DNA from: an uncultured Methanomicrobiales archaeon
GTDB taxonomy: Archaea; Halobacteriota; Methanomicrobia; Methanomicrobiales; Methanospirillaceae
Length of the DNA stretch: 64,000 nucleotides
Direction of reading: 5' to 3'
Assembly: GCA_963758915.1 (NCBI GenBank)
Contig: CAVWXH010000016.1
Location: 96,001-160,000 of the forward strand
Positions 54,017 through 63,945 of the stretch are shown here, piece after piece. The number at the start of each line of letters is the position of its first letter. Positions within the stretch are counted from its first letter, which is position 1. The notes under the pieces are model-generated. The model made no database searches, had not been told where the DNA came from, and worked only from the letters and a program-made list of their open reading frames with translations. The translations under genes were made by a program, and so were the position numbers.

Positions 54017-55360
54017 ATGGAAGACCGTCCCGCCGGGCAGAGAGTACACGATTTCTTTGAGGTATCACCCGGTCTCTCCCCGGATGAGGCCATGCTTGAG
54101 GCAGAGAGGTGCCTGCAGTGCAAGAAGCCGAAATGCGTGAGCGGCTGCCCGGTCTGTATTGACATTCCTTCGTTTATTGCCGAGATTGCGCTGGGAAATT
54201 TCCGCAATGCCGCAGTTATTATCAAGGCCGATAATATGCTCCCGGCTGTATGCGGCCGCGTCTGCCCCCAGGAGACACAATGCGAAGGGGAATGTATCCT
54301 GTCAGGCAAGGAACGGCCAATCTTAATCGGTTCACTTGAACGGTTTATTGCGGACTGGGAGCGTGCGCATGGCACGAGCGTACCGGAGAAGCAGGCCTCT
54401 ACCGGGCACCATGTGGCTGTAGTCGGTTCGGGTCCGGCCGGCCTGACCGCGGCAGCAGAACTGTCCAGGCTCGGGCACAAGGTCACCCTGTTCGAGTCCC
54501 TGCATGAAGCCGGGGGCGTGCTGATGTACGGGATCCCTGAATTCCGGTTACCGAAGGAGATTGTAAGGGCGGAAGTGGAACAGGTGCTTGCAATGGGTGT
54601 AGAAATCAGGCTCAACCATCTTGCAGGAAGAAGTATCACGGTCCAGGAACTGCAGAAGTTCGATGCGGTCTTTCTTGCTACCGGTGCAGGACTCCCCACC
54701 TTTATGGGTATACCCGGGGAGCAACTGAACGGGGTCTATTCAGCCAATGAATTTCTGACACGGGTGAATTTTATGCATGCTGACCAGTTCCCTGTTTTTG
54801 ATACCCCGGTTAAAAAGGGTAGTCGTGTCGTTGTTGCAGGTGGGGGGAACGTGGCCATGGACGCAGCACGGGTGGCAAGACGCCTCGGTTCCAGGGTAAC
54901 ACTGGTCTACCGCCGTCGCGAGGAGGACCTCCCGGCAAGAATTGATGAAGTAATCCATGCAAAGGAAGAAGGTGTTGAGATCCTTGCCTGTGCCAATCCA
55001 ATCCGTGTTATCGGGGAATCGTGTGTAACCGGGGTTGAATGCATACAGATGGAGATGTGCATGCCGGATGAAACGGGAAGGCCGGCTGCCCGCCCGGTAG
55101 AGGGGTCGTCCTTTATTATCGATGCGGATATGTTTATTGAAGCAATCGGCCAGGGTCCAAACCCCCTTTTAATATCTGAAATTAAAGGGCTGGTACGGGA
55201 GAAGAAGGGAAACGTCAAGGTCGACGGAGAAGGAAAGACCTCTGTCCAGCGTATTTTTGCAGCCGGTGATGTGGCAACAGGTGCCGCAACCGTAATATGG
55301 GCAATGGGTTCTGCAAAAACAGCTGCCAGGGCAATAGACCGGATCTTACGCGAAGAGTAA
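54017..55360 (+). CDS. nfnB: NfnB/SudA-type (GltD-like) NADPH-dependent flavoprotein
   Basis: EAERCLQC...CV.GCPV, CGRVCPQETQCE, GSGPAG, GGGNVAMD, AAGD..TGAATV; follows nfnA; no gltB adjacent. Confidence 0.88.
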   Translation: MEDRPAGQRVHDFFEVSPGLSPDEAMLEAERCLQCKKPKCVSGCPVCIDIPSFIAEIALGNFRNAAVIIKADNMLPAVCGRVCPQETQCEGECILSGKERPILIGSLERFIADWERAHGTSVPEKQASTGHHVAVVGSGPAGLTAAAELSRLGHKVTLFESLHEAGGVLMYGIPEFRLPKEIVRAEVEQVLAMGVEIRLNHLAGRSITVQELQKFDAVFLATGAGLPTFMGIPGEQLNGVYSANEFLTRVNFMHADQFPVFDTPVKKGSRVVVAGGGNVAMDAARVARRLGSRVTLVYRRREEDLPARIDEVIHAKEEGVEILACANPIRVIGESCVTGVECIQMEMCMPDETGRPAARPVEGSSFIIDADMFIEAIGQGPNPLLISEIKGLVREKKGNVKVDGEGKTSVQRIFAAGDVATGAATVIWAMGSAKTAARAIDRILREE

Positions 55361-55389
55361 AATAACTACAATATTCATGCCTTTTTTTA

Positions 55390-55903
55390 ACTCTGTTGTC
55401 ATCCATTGTCATGTCAAAAAAAAACCGGAATTATTTGGACAGGAGGGGGTTTCACCCGGGTTTTACCCCCTCACCCAATAAGATATTCCCCGGGGCAGGG
55501 TTAAACAGAAGAATTTATGAAAATTTCAGAGATTCAATGACCCTTTTTTTTATCCCAACCCGGGTCGACAAAGCGGCGGGCCATGAGCCCCGGGAGCGTT
55601 GTTAAATTTAGGAATACTTCAAAACGGTAATATAATTTTATAGCATTTCCCATGTAAATGACAAAACGGACCCCAATATATGGGAATTCTGGACGAGGCA
55701 TTTAATGTGAAAATCCCCACTGGTATTTTCATTTTGTATGCATGTGGCCTTTTTGCATCATGCCTGTTTTCATAGCCCTGGTGTGGACGTCCCGTTCATG
55801 GGTGTTTCAACAATGCGGGAAATCAGTAAAATCCGGTTAAAGGACTGATATAGAGCTGGAATGACTTAATTCACGCGAAGATAGGGAAAATTTGAACAAA
55901 GCC
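55390..55903. mobile_element. Mosaic cluster of MITE-like repeats
   Basis: 55438-55650 structured block; 55701-55815 matches 6783-6852 joined directly to 7185-7234; inverted ends TTTCAACAATGC and TTTGAACAAAGCC. Confidence 0.7.
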
Positions 55904-56006
55904 TTAATTTTCATGTTTCGCGGGATAAGGTCTGCTATTGACCGTCGTTTCGTTGTATATCTGATAAAAACATTCTGATGATCTGATTGCCATTAATAGC
56001 CGGTAT

Positions 56007-57185
56007 TCAGTCACAACCGGCTGCAAAACCCCTGATAATCCCTTCAAAGACCGAAGTAACCTTCGTAAGTGATTCGATGGAAACCCTTTCGTTTACCGCA
56101 TGAAGTGAAGTAATTTCCCCTGGTCCGTACTCGACAACCCGGAACCCCTCAGTCCTAAGGTACCTCGCATCGCTTGCAGCCCACTGGACAATTGGCTGGG
56201 CAGGTAATCCATAAACCCGGGAGATTTCTCTGCAGGTGACTTCAACAAGCCTGCAATCCGGGGATGTCATCGACGGGTTACTGATGCTTACCTCTTCGAC
56301 GGTCGCACCTGGTGAATGCCTGGCAATATCTGCGATAAGGTCAGGGATTGAACAACCCCACGGTACCCGGATATCAAGCTGAAGGTCGCAATGCTGGGCG
56401 ACGATGTTGGCTTTTTCCCCACCCTCAATCCTTCCGGGGTTGAACATGACACGCCGCAGAACGTGTTTTGCCTCGTCAACGGCGAGGATATCCCGGAGCA
56501 CTGCGGAAGACTGCTCGATGATTGCGTCAACAGCCCCTTCCACATGGTACTCATGCCGGTGCACAGTACGTAAATAATCGAGGGTATTATACGCCTCCAT
56601 AACCGCACTCACACCACGGGTAGGATATAATGAACCATGGCCTGGTTCTCCCCGGAAATGCAAATTAATCCTGCAAAGGCCTTTCTCCCCGATATTCGGG
56701 TTCAGTTCAGGGCATGGTTCTGCTATGAGGACATCGCACGGACGGAGGAGATCCTTGGAAAGAACGCACCTGATACCATAGGTACCGCTCGTCTCCTCAT
56801 CGCATACGAAAAGGAAGTCTGCATCAGGTTCCTTTCCCGAGTCGAGGAGCCGCTTGTACGATGACAGGAGTGCAGCACACCCTCCCTTCATATCGGTGGA
56901 ACCCCTCCCGTAAAGGTACCCCTCCTCGATCTCGCCTGAGAAAGGCGGGTGCCGCCAGCCCTCTGCCATTGCCGGCACTACATCGACATGACCACAGAGG
57001 AGCAGGTGATGGTTACGGTGTGCACTGATAAGGTTGTCCCGCCCTCCCCGGTTCCTGATCACATCGGTCCGGACACCGAGACTGTCCAGAAATCCCTTGA
57101 TATAATGAATGACTTCCTCGGTATTTCCAGGTGGGTTTTCGCTTTTTATCTTTACGAGTTCCCTGGTGAGGTGCACAACGTCCAT
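56007..57185 (-). CDS. M20 family metallohydrolase (ArgE/DapE-like)
   Basis: GHVDVV, YGRGSTDMKGG, DEE, AEP, HGS, ASDAR, LHAVNE motifs. Confidence 0.92.
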   Translation of the reverse strand: MDVVHLTRELVKIKSENPPGNTEEVIHYIKGFLDSLGVRTDVIRNRGGRDNLISAHRNHHLLLCGHVDVVPAMAEGWRHPPFSGEIEEGYLYGRGSTDMKGGCAALLSSYKRLLDSGKEPDADFLFVCDEETSGTYGIRCVLSKDLLRPCDVLIAEPCPELNPNIGEKGLCRINLHFRGEPGHGSLYPTRGVSAVMEAYNTLDYLRTVHRHEYHVEGAVDAIIEQSSAVLRDILAVDEAKHVLRRVMFNPGRIEGGEKANIVAQHCDLQLDIRVPWGCSIPDLIADIARHSPGATVEEVSISNPSMTSPDCRLVEVTCREISRVYGLPAQPIVQWAASDARYLRTEGFRVVEYGPGEITSLHAVNERVSIESLTKVTSVFEGIIRGFAAGCD

Positions 57186-57186
57186 G

Positions 57187-57705
57187 TCATTTCCCGGTGG
57201 TGATTACGTCCCGTTTAAATTCTTCAAAGAGCATGCTGAGTGATGCATCGCTGTAGAGGCTCTTTAAAAAATCATTATTGAAAAATTCATCGACTGCCTT
57301 TGCAAAGAAAGCAGCAGGCAGTGGACTGGTCTGTTCAGGGTCAATTACGATACGAAAACTCCTGTAATCCGCCCTGGTATCACGGTCGTAGATAACCTGC
57401 CAGAGAAAGGGGAGTCGTTCAAACCTGTCCGGGTGGGTCTCTTTTAACCAGTTGATGAACGTCCTGAAATGAGCCCGGTCTCCTTTCTTCTCCTCGTCTA
57501 TCCTCCACCTGAGGTATTCCCCTGACATGACATTCCGGGGTGATGTATAGGTATAGGTCAGGAGGCCGAGGGTGTAGTCTATATGGGCCAGGGCATCGAT
57601 AAAAAAAAATCTCAGGACCGGGTGGAACATCGTGGTATCATGAAGGACCAGGTTCTTCGTATAGAGGTATTCCATGATGTTTGCATATTCTTTTACATCA
57701 CTCAT
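57187..57705 (-). CDS. Hypothetical protein
   Basis: 172 aa ORF with protein-like composition ending 1 nt before the M20 start; no recognised motif. Confidence 0.8.
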   Translation of the reverse strand: MSDVKEYANIMEYLYTKNLVLHDTTMFHPVLRFFFIDALAHIDYTLGLLTYTYTSPRNVMSGEYLRWRIDEEKKGDRAHFRTFINWLKETHPDRFERLPFLWQVIYDRDTRADYRSFRIVIDPEQTSPLPAAFFAKAVDEFFNNDFLKSLYSDASLSMLFEEFKRDVITTGK

Positions 57706-57813
57706 GAGCTTGCTATTAGCCTTTGAAATTGTATAAAAATACCGGATTTTCCCGGGTCAACCGCAGAAACAACAGGTCACTGTGAACGAGGATATCTGAG
57801 TCAGGGTTCTTCG

Positions 57814-58692
57814 TCACTGGTAAAAGGGAGCCCGTCGTTTAACCGCTTCAATAAATGCATTTTCAAGATCGATCCCTGTTTTGCCCCTGATATTGACATG
57901 GTTATCTGCCCTCAGGAGGCATGGCTTAAGGTTCCCGTCCGAGGTGACACGTAACCTGTTGCAGAATGCGCAGAATTCAGTGTTATGGAGCGGCCTGACC
58001 ACTTCAACTTCGGCCCCGTCGAGGCAGTATTTTTTCCGGTGGTGCATCCTCCGTGTTAGGATTACTTTTGACCTCCCGGCAAGTTCCTCTTCAAGGGCTG
58101 ACAGGTCAGAATGACATTCACACCCCCCGAGGCTCATAAGTTCTATTACCTGGAGAATAAGGTTACGGTTGTTCCTGATATAACCGTAAAAATCCTCAAG
58201 CTCATGATCATTGATACCCCGGAGCATTACCATATTCAGTTTGATCGGGGTGAGACCTGCCTCGAGGGCGGCCTCAATACCTGAAATTACATCAGAAAGC
58301 CGGTCGCTGCCGGTGATTTTTTTATAGGTCTCCGGGTTGAGACTGTCTAGTGAAATATTTACCCGTGACATGCCGGCCTGTTTTAATTCAGCGGCATAAT
58401 CAGCCAGGAGAATACCGTTGGTGGTAATCGAACTCTCCATCGAATCCGGGACCAGTCTGACAATATCGGTGAGGTCTTCCCTCAATAATGGCTCCCCACC
58501 CGTGAATTTTACACTTCTGATGTCGAATTTTGCCGCGGTTGAAAGGACATTGCCAATCTCCCTGGTACTGAGCGGATCCGTTGGTGCCTTCTCTCCCTCG
58601 CGGTGGCAATAGATGCAGGAAAGGTTGCATTCCGGGGTCACACTCACGCGAAGGTTGCTTACCGGCCTGTTATACGGGTCCTTTAGTCTCAT
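57814..58692 (-). CDS. moaA: GTP 3',8-cyclase
   Basis: LRVSVT..CNLSCIYC radical SAM motif, TGGEP, FCAFCNRLRVT.DG.LKPCL. Confidence 0.96.
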   Translation of the reverse strand: MRLKDPYNRPVSNLRVSVTPECNLSCIYCHREGEKAPTDPLSTREIGNVLSTAAKFDIRSVKFTGGEPLLREDLTDIVRLVPDSMESSITTNGILLADYAAELKQAGMSRVNISLDSLNPETYKKITGSDRLSDVISGIEAALEAGLTPIKLNMVMLRGINDHELEDFYGYIRNNRNLILQVIELMSLGGCECHSDLSALEEELAGRSKVILTRRMHHRKKYCLDGAEVEVVRPLHNTEFCAFCNRLRVTSDGNLKPCLLRADNHVNIRGKTGIDLENAFIEAVKRRAPFYQ

Positions 58693-59308
58693 TGGTGCAG
58701 TTATTCAGGGTTTCGTTGTTCCATTCGCGTCCTATAAAGTTTTTTGCAACGATATAGATCTCGGTACTGCCCTTTCGTGTTGAATGAGGACGGAACGTCC
58801 TGGCGGAGAGGAAATGATCCCTGACCAGGTTAATAAGGGTATTAAAGTCCTGTCCCTGGAATGACTTGACAACAAAATTACCGCCAGGTTTTAAGATTTT
58901 CTCCGCGAATGACAGGGCATTCTCTCCGAGTTCTATTGCCCTTGCCTGGTCGTAGGTCTTCTGGCCTGATAGCTTTGGTGACGCGTCGGATAACACAACG
59001 CTGGTACATGGCATGAGTGGCCGGACTGCTTCAAGCGTATGGGCGTGTGTAAAATCCCCCATAATAGTGATGACATTGTCTATCGGAGGGATATACGAGA
59101 GATCAATGCCCACAACAACCCCTGCTGTGAGTTCCCGCTCTACCTGGAGCCAGCTTCCTGGTGATGCCCCAAGGTCCACGATATTATCTGTTTCGCGGAT
59201 AATGTGATACCGCTCCTGTATTTCCCGCAGCTTGTATGCTGCACGTGAGCGGTAACCCTCCTTCACTGCCCGCACATACACCTTGTCCCTGCTCCATTGT
59301 GAACCCAT
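58670..59308 (-). CDS. rlmE: 23S rRNA Um2552 2'-O-methyltransferase
   Basis: YRSRAAYKL, DLGASPGSW, SDASP, KSFQG, S.EIY motifs. Confidence 0.95.
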   Translation of the reverse strand: MGSQWSRDKVYVRAVKEGYRSRAAYKLREIQERYHIIRETDNIVDLGASPGSWLQVERELTAGVVVGIDLSYIPPIDNVITIMGDFTHAHTLEAVRPLMPCTSVVLSDASPKLSGQKTYDQARAIELGENALSFAEKILKPGGNFVVKSFQGQDFNTLINLVRDHFLSARTFRPHSTRKGSTEIYIVAKNFIGREWNNETLNNCTNETKGPV

Positions 59309-59405
59309 AGTGTCCGTCCATGTCTGCCCTCTTTAAGGGCTTAAAACTAAATCAGATATTATTAAAAATATGAGCGATAGTTTATATTAGAGATATTCGG
59401 GGTGC

Positions 59406-60152
59406 GTGATGTTAAAAGCAACGATTGATGCAGATATCCTTAAAGAATCTATAGATGCCATCTCGGCACTGGTTACCGAGTGCAGGCTCCATACTGACGA
59501 GAATGGGATCAGCACACGCGCGGTTGATACAGCAAACGTCGCAATGATCTCCCTGCTTCTGAAAAAGGAGGCATTTTCATCTTTTGCAGCGACCAGGAGT
59601 GAACTTGGGATAGATATTGCAAAGATGAAAAATATTTTCGGGATGATGGCAAAGAACGATCTGATTACCCTTGAGCTTACCGATGATATCCATAAGCTTC
59701 AGGTCAGTTTCCAGGGGTACAAATATTCAATTACCCTGCTTGATGAGAATACGATACGGAAGGACCCGAACCCTCCTACGATCGAACTGCCCGGAAAGGT
59801 GGCAATACCCGGATCAGAACTTAATTCAGCAATTAAGGCGGCAGCGGTTGTATCCGATAAGATAGCGCTTGGCATAGATGCTGCAAAGCAGATTTTCTTT
59901 ATGGCTGCCGAGGGTGATACCGATCATATCAGGCGTGAATTCGGAAAGGATGAAGTCAACTTTATCAACGGGGTTGATGCCAAATCCCTCTTCTCCCTGG
60001 ATTATTTAAAGGATATGGGTAAAGTGATGAGCCGCACTGATGAAGTGGAAATCCACATCGGGGTCGATCATCCTGTCAAGTTTTCTTTCAATGTCGCCGG
60101 TGGTAACGGCCATGTCGAGTACCTCCTCGCCCCGCGGATTGAGGCCGACTAA
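59406..60152 (+). CDS. pcn: DNA polymerase sliding clamp (PCNA)
   Basis: RAVDTANVAM, SLFSLDYL, YLLAPRIE; 248 aa. Confidence 0.96.
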   Translation: MMLKATIDADILKESIDAISALVTECRLHTDENGISTRAVDTANVAMISLLLKKEAFSSFAATRSELGIDIAKMKNIFGMMAKNDLITLELTDDIHKLQVSFQGYKYSITLLDENTIRKDPNPPTIELPGKVAIPGSELNSAIKAAAVVSDKIALGIDAAKQIFFMAAEGDTDHIRREFGKDEVNFINGVDAKSLFSLDYLKDMGKVMSRTDEVEIHIGVDHPVKFSFNVAGGNGHVEYLLAPRIEAD

Positions 60153-61319
60153 ATGCGGGTCAGAATAGATGAAAAAGATTTTATTAACTATCCATTTTTA
60201 AAAGAGTCCCAAAATTTTGTGAGTGGTTACGCGGGTTCTCCTGAACGCTTCCTTTGTACATCAACAGGTAAAGCAGCCCTTGCCCAGGCGAAAGACAGAA
60301 TTTTATCTGCGATTGCCGGAAAATCCGGTCCGAAGACAGATGCCCGTCCGGCACTTCCGACCGATAGTGATGGTGTCAAGGTGATAGTCTCCGGGTATGC
60401 ACTAGCCCGGGTGATTATCTCCTGTATGAAAGACCGGATGATTATTGACCGCTTCACCCGTAGCGAGGCGCAAAAAGCTTACGAGTGCCTGATAGACGAG
60501 GAACCGGGCAAAAAGGTTTTCATTGCGACCAGTCTTGGAATTGACATAGGCGCTGATGAGGTGCCTCTTGTTCCCTATGTTGAACTATCTGCAGGGATGC
60601 GGGAAGAACGATGGAGACTGGTGAACCGGGATATTGAACACGGGATGGTGAAGGTGAAAAAAAATGAGACTGATGAAATACTCCGGGAATGTATCAGGGT
60701 TACCATCAGCCGGAACCTCCCGCTTCCCGTCCCGTCGGGAATTTGCGAGGTTCTTGCACCGGTCGTGAAAGAAATCAGCGCGGCAGAGCAGCAGCACCTG
60801 CTGGAGCAGTTTGGTTCTGTTGAGGAACAATGTTTCCCCCCGTGCATGCAGGCATTGATTCTTGCACTTTCCGCGGGAACAAATATCTCGCACCCCGGGC
60901 GTTTCGCACTTACTGCGTTTCTCCACAATATCGGCATGAATTCTTCTGACATTATTGGCCTCTATTGCCGGGCCCCGGACTTCGACCTCAGCCGTACGAT
61001 GTACCAGGTTGAGCATATATCCGGGCGTGGTGGCACAGAATATACTGCGCCATCATGCGCGGCCATGAGGACAACCGGTGTCTGTGTGAAAAAAGACCTG
61101 CTCTGTGAACGCGTAAGTCATCCGCTGAATTATTACAAGCAAAAGAAAAGAAAAGAAAAAAAGAATGCCCCTGTTCCATCAGGTAATATGCTTGTTGATA
61201 GTAACGCCGGCGGCGCTCATCGCGAGAAGGAAGCAGGCAATAGCGAAAATATACGCGATCCCCGCGGGCATCATCAGGGGGAGCATGATCAGGAGGACAA
61301 TAAAAAAAACCAGGCCTGA
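60153..61319 (+). CDS. priL: DNA primase large subunit
   Basis: YPFL, WRLVNR, FPPCM, H.GRFAL.AFL, YQVEHI, PSC..M...G.C, HPLNYY; follows pcn. Confidence 0.95.
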   Translation: MRVRIDEKDFINYPFLKESQNFVSGYAGSPERFLCTSTGKAALAQAKDRILSAIAGKSGPKTDARPALPTDSDGVKVIVSGYALARVIISCMKDRMIIDRFTRSEAQKAYECLIDEEPGKKVFIATSLGIDIGADEVPLVPYVELSAGMREERWRLVNRDIEHGMVKVKKNETDEILRECIRVTISRNLPLPVPSGICEVLAPVVKEISAAEQQHLLEQFGSVEEQCFPPCMQALILALSAGTNISHPGRFALTAFLHNIGMNSSDIIGLYCRAPDFDLSRTMYQVEHISGRGGTEYTAPSCAAMRTTGVCVKKDLLCERVSHPLNYYKQKKRKEKKNAPVPSGNMLVDSNAGGAHREKEAGNSENIRDPRGHHQGEHDQEDNKKNQA

Positions 61320-61355
61320 TAAGCCCACGACTATGTCAAGAAGTCTTGGATCCAT
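61179..61355 (-). CDS. Small two-helix membrane protein (58 aa), antisense-overlapping the priL tail
   Basis: Manual translation MDPRLLDIVVGLSGLVFFIVLLIMLPLMMPAGIAYIFAIACFLLAMSAAGVTINKHIT*; followed by a U-rich tract; below the ORF-track size cutoff. Confidence 0.7.
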   Translation of the reverse strand: MDPRLLDIVVGLSGLVFFIVLLIMLPLMMPAGIAYIFAIACFLLAMSAAGVTINKHIT

Positions 61356-61432
61356 ATATGATATTCATCCGGGCGTCCTATATCTTTAACCATGGGCAAT
61401 CCTGATGTGGACCGGATGGGGCGGTATCCTTC

Positions 61433-61990
61433 ATGGTCTTCTGTGTGCCTGGGGACCGAATTATGATCAACGATGAAAAGGCTGACATTCTTCAGAAACT
61501 ATCCCATGCTGCCTCACTTCTTGCTGGTGTCATCCGCGAGGATCTCGTTCCCGCCGGTGGTGTGCAGCTGGCGTATGCGCGGAAAGGGGCAAGGGATGAT
61601 ACCGGTATTGCCTTCGTCCGTGGAGGACTGTGCCTTGAAAGCGTGGGTTTTGATACACCTCAAGTCGGATTTGGTGGCGGAGGAATGATTGCTACCGTCC
61701 TTCTTACTGCAATGAAATTTGACCCGCGTATCAGGAGCGCAGCGATTATTGCCTGCACACCTGCGGCGGTTAAAACGATGGACGGGAGATTTTTAGAAAT
61801 TTGTTCATTTGATCCCAGCCGGGAACCCCCCGGAATAAGGACAATGGACTGGGGTGTTGCCCAGTGCTGCCGTGATGGTGTACCGGATGCGATTTACAAC
61901 AGGCGCACCGGTGATACCGGGGCAATTATAAGGCTTTTTGGAGAAGACCCACAGGGAATTGCAAATAATATTCTTATGCTATCAGTGTGA
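61433..61990 (+). CDS. Thiamine-phosphate synthase (ThiN) family domain protein
   Basis: LAYA, FGG...A.VLLTAMKFDP.IRSA, SFD..REP, TMDWG, PDAIY, IRLFGEDP pattern; some catalytic positions look divergent; start may be at 61463. Confidence 0.8.
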   Translation: MVFCVPGDRIMINDEKADILQKLSHAASLLAGVIREDLVPAGGVQLAYARKGARDDTGIAFVRGGLCLESVGFDTPQVGFGGGGMIATVLLTAMKFDPRIRSAAIIACTPAAVKTMDGRFLEICSFDPSREPPGIRTMDWGVAQCCRDGVPDAIYNRRTGDTGAIIRLFGEDPQGIANNILMLSV

Positions 61991-62022
61991 ATAATATTAG
62001 CACAAACCTGAGGTATGTTAAC

Positions 62023-62214
62023 ATGGGAATCAAGCCGTCATATATCAAATCAACAGGAGCCGAGCTTATTACGAGATTCGGCGATAAAATGTCCAATAAT
62101 TTTGATGAGAACAAGCAGGTCGTCACTGATATGACTTCGATATCCAGTAAACGCGTAAGAAACCGGGTGGCCGGATACATTACACGGAAAATAAATACGG
62201 GAAGACACTCATAA
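62023..62214 (+). CDS. rps17e: 30S ribosomal protein S17e
   Basis: MGIKPSYIK, FDENK, SKRVRNRVAGYITR. Confidence 0.96.
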   Translation: MGIKPSYIKSTGAELITRFGDKMSNNFDENKQVVTDMTSISSKRVRNRVAGYITRKINTGRHS

Positions 62215-62222
62215 CCCCTATT

Positions 62223-63098
62223 ATGTTTGAGGGAGTTCTTCCTGCAATTATAACCCCTTTTAAAAGAAATTCTACGTTGGATCTTGACCTTGAGGGTCTG
62301 AGATCAAACATTGCATTTCTCCTGGAGCAGGGTGTACACGGTATCGTACCTTGTGGTTCGACAGGCGAATCAGCCACGCTCAGCTTTGAAGAGCATGAGC
62401 AGGTAATCGAGGTCACGATAGATGAAGTTGATGGCAGGGTTCCGGTCCTTGCAGGTACCGGGTCAAATAACACTGCTGAGGCAGTCAGGTTCACTGAAGC
62501 TGCCAAGGACCTCGGAGCAGATGGGGCACTCGTTATAAGCCCGTATTACAATAAGCCTAACCGGTCAGGGCTTGTAAAGCATTACACAAGGATTGCCGAT
62601 ATCGGAATCCCCATAGTAATGTACAATGTTCCCGGGCGCACAGGGCAGAACCTCCTGCCTGATCTCGTGATTGAACTTGCACGTCATCCGAATATCGTTG
62701 CGATCAAGGAGGCGAGCGGGGATATCGGTCAGGTATCCCGCATTATCGAAGGTACTCTTGATGAGGACTTCATGGTGATATCCGGTGATGACGGTCTCAC
62801 CCTGCCAATTCTCTGCCTGGGTGGGAGTGGTGTAATATCGGTCGCAGCGAATGTTGAGCCGGCCCTGATGGTTAAAATGTTCGACCATTTCTGTGAAGGG
62901 GAAATCGAAGAGGCGCTGGACCTCCATTACGCATTATCACCTCTTTTCCGTGGCCTGTTTATCGATACCAACCCGATACCCGTTAAGAAGGCGGTCGCAC
63001 TGTGTGGTATGGCAGGGGGCCCGGTACGGCCACCACTTGATGACCTGGATGCTGAAAAGACTAAAAAACTCCAGGAGGTCCTCGATATCTATGCCTAG
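62223..63098 (+). CDS. dapA: 4-hydroxy-tetrahydrodipicolinate synthase
   Basis: CGSTGES, PYYNKP, YNVPGRT, IKEASG, SGDD, TNPIPVK. Confidence 0.97.
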   Translation: MFEGVLPAIITPFKRNSTLDLDLEGLRSNIAFLLEQGVHGIVPCGSTGESATLSFEEHEQVIEVTIDEVDGRVPVLAGTGSNNTAEAVRFTEAAKDLGADGALVISPYYNKPNRSGLVKHYTRIADIGIPIVMYNVPGRTGQNLLPDLVIELARHPNIVAIKEASGDIGQVSRIIEGTLDEDFMVISGDDGLTLPILCLGGSGVISVAANVEPALMVKMFDHFCEGEIEEALDLHYALSPLFRGLFIDTNPIPVKKAVALCGMAGGPVRPPLDDLDAEKTKKLQEVLDIYA

Positions 63099-63870
63099 CG
63101 TCGTTGTGTGCGGGGCACTCGGGCGAATGGGCATGACTATCGGGCGAATGGTGAATGAATCGGCAGACCTTGACCTTGTCGGGGGGATTGATCTCAAACC
63201 CGGGTCATTTTTTGGGGCCGATGTTGTCGAATCATCGCAGCTGGCAAGGCTGCTTGAAGAGAAGCGTCCTGATATACTGATAGATTTTACCGTAGCAGAT
63301 GCGGCCGTCCAGAATGTGAAGACAGGAGCGAAAGCCGGCACTGCCCTTGTTATCGGTACTACCGGTTTCACTCCCGCCCAGCGGGCTGAAATGGCCGCCG
63401 CGATAAATGGGAATGTAGCGGCGGTTATCTCAAGCAACTATAGTATCGGGGTGAACATATTCTGGCAGCTCATCCGTGATGCAGCGCCATTGCTCGCCGA
63501 TTATGACATAGAGGTTACTGAAGCGCACCACCGGTATAAGAAGGACTCTCCGAGTGGTACTGCCCGGACAATCCTGCAAATCCTTGATGAGGAACTCGGG
63601 GAACGCAGGAAACAGTATGGCCGCGAGGGAATGAAGGAGAGGGAAAAATCCGAGATAGGTGTACATGTTATCAGGGGCGGGGATATTGTCGGAGACCACT
63701 CGGTGATGTTTTCCGGCAATTTCGAAACGATTACACTCTCCCATCGTGCATATGACCGGTCGGTATTTGCACAGGGTGCGCTCCGGGCGGCACGATGGGT
63801 CGTCTCCCGGGGGCCCGGCATCTACGGGATGGACGAAGTCCTTAACCTTAAACGAAAATCAGCCAACTAA
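63091..63870 (+). CDS. dapB: 4-hydroxy-tetrahydrodipicolinate reductase
   Basis: GALGRMG, IDFT, IGTTG, EAHHRYKKDSPSGTA, RGGDIVGDH; ATG at 63091 after GGAGG. Confidence 0.97.
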   Translation: MPSVVVCGALGRMGMTIGRMVNESADLDLVGGIDLKPGSFFGADVVESSQLARLLEEKRPDILIDFTVADAAVQNVKTGAKAGTALVIGTTGFTPAQRAEMAAAINGNVAAVISSNYSIGVNIFWQLIRDAAPLLADYDIEVTEAHHRYKKDSPSGTARTILQILDEELGERRKQYGREGMKEREKSEIGVHVIRGGDIVGDHSVMFSGNFETITLSHRAYDRSVFAQGALRAARWVVSRGPGIYGMDEVLNLKRKSAN

Positions 63871-63945
63871 TCGTATTTTTTTGGTAATACCGATACGTTA
63901 TTTATATTTTTAATGCCCATATTAAAGGACAAAGTGATACTATCC

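Noticed and set aside
54017-55360. Glutamate synthase small subunit call
   Set aside because: Paired with an NfnA/SudB-type gene and no gltB nearby; NfnB/SudA fits better
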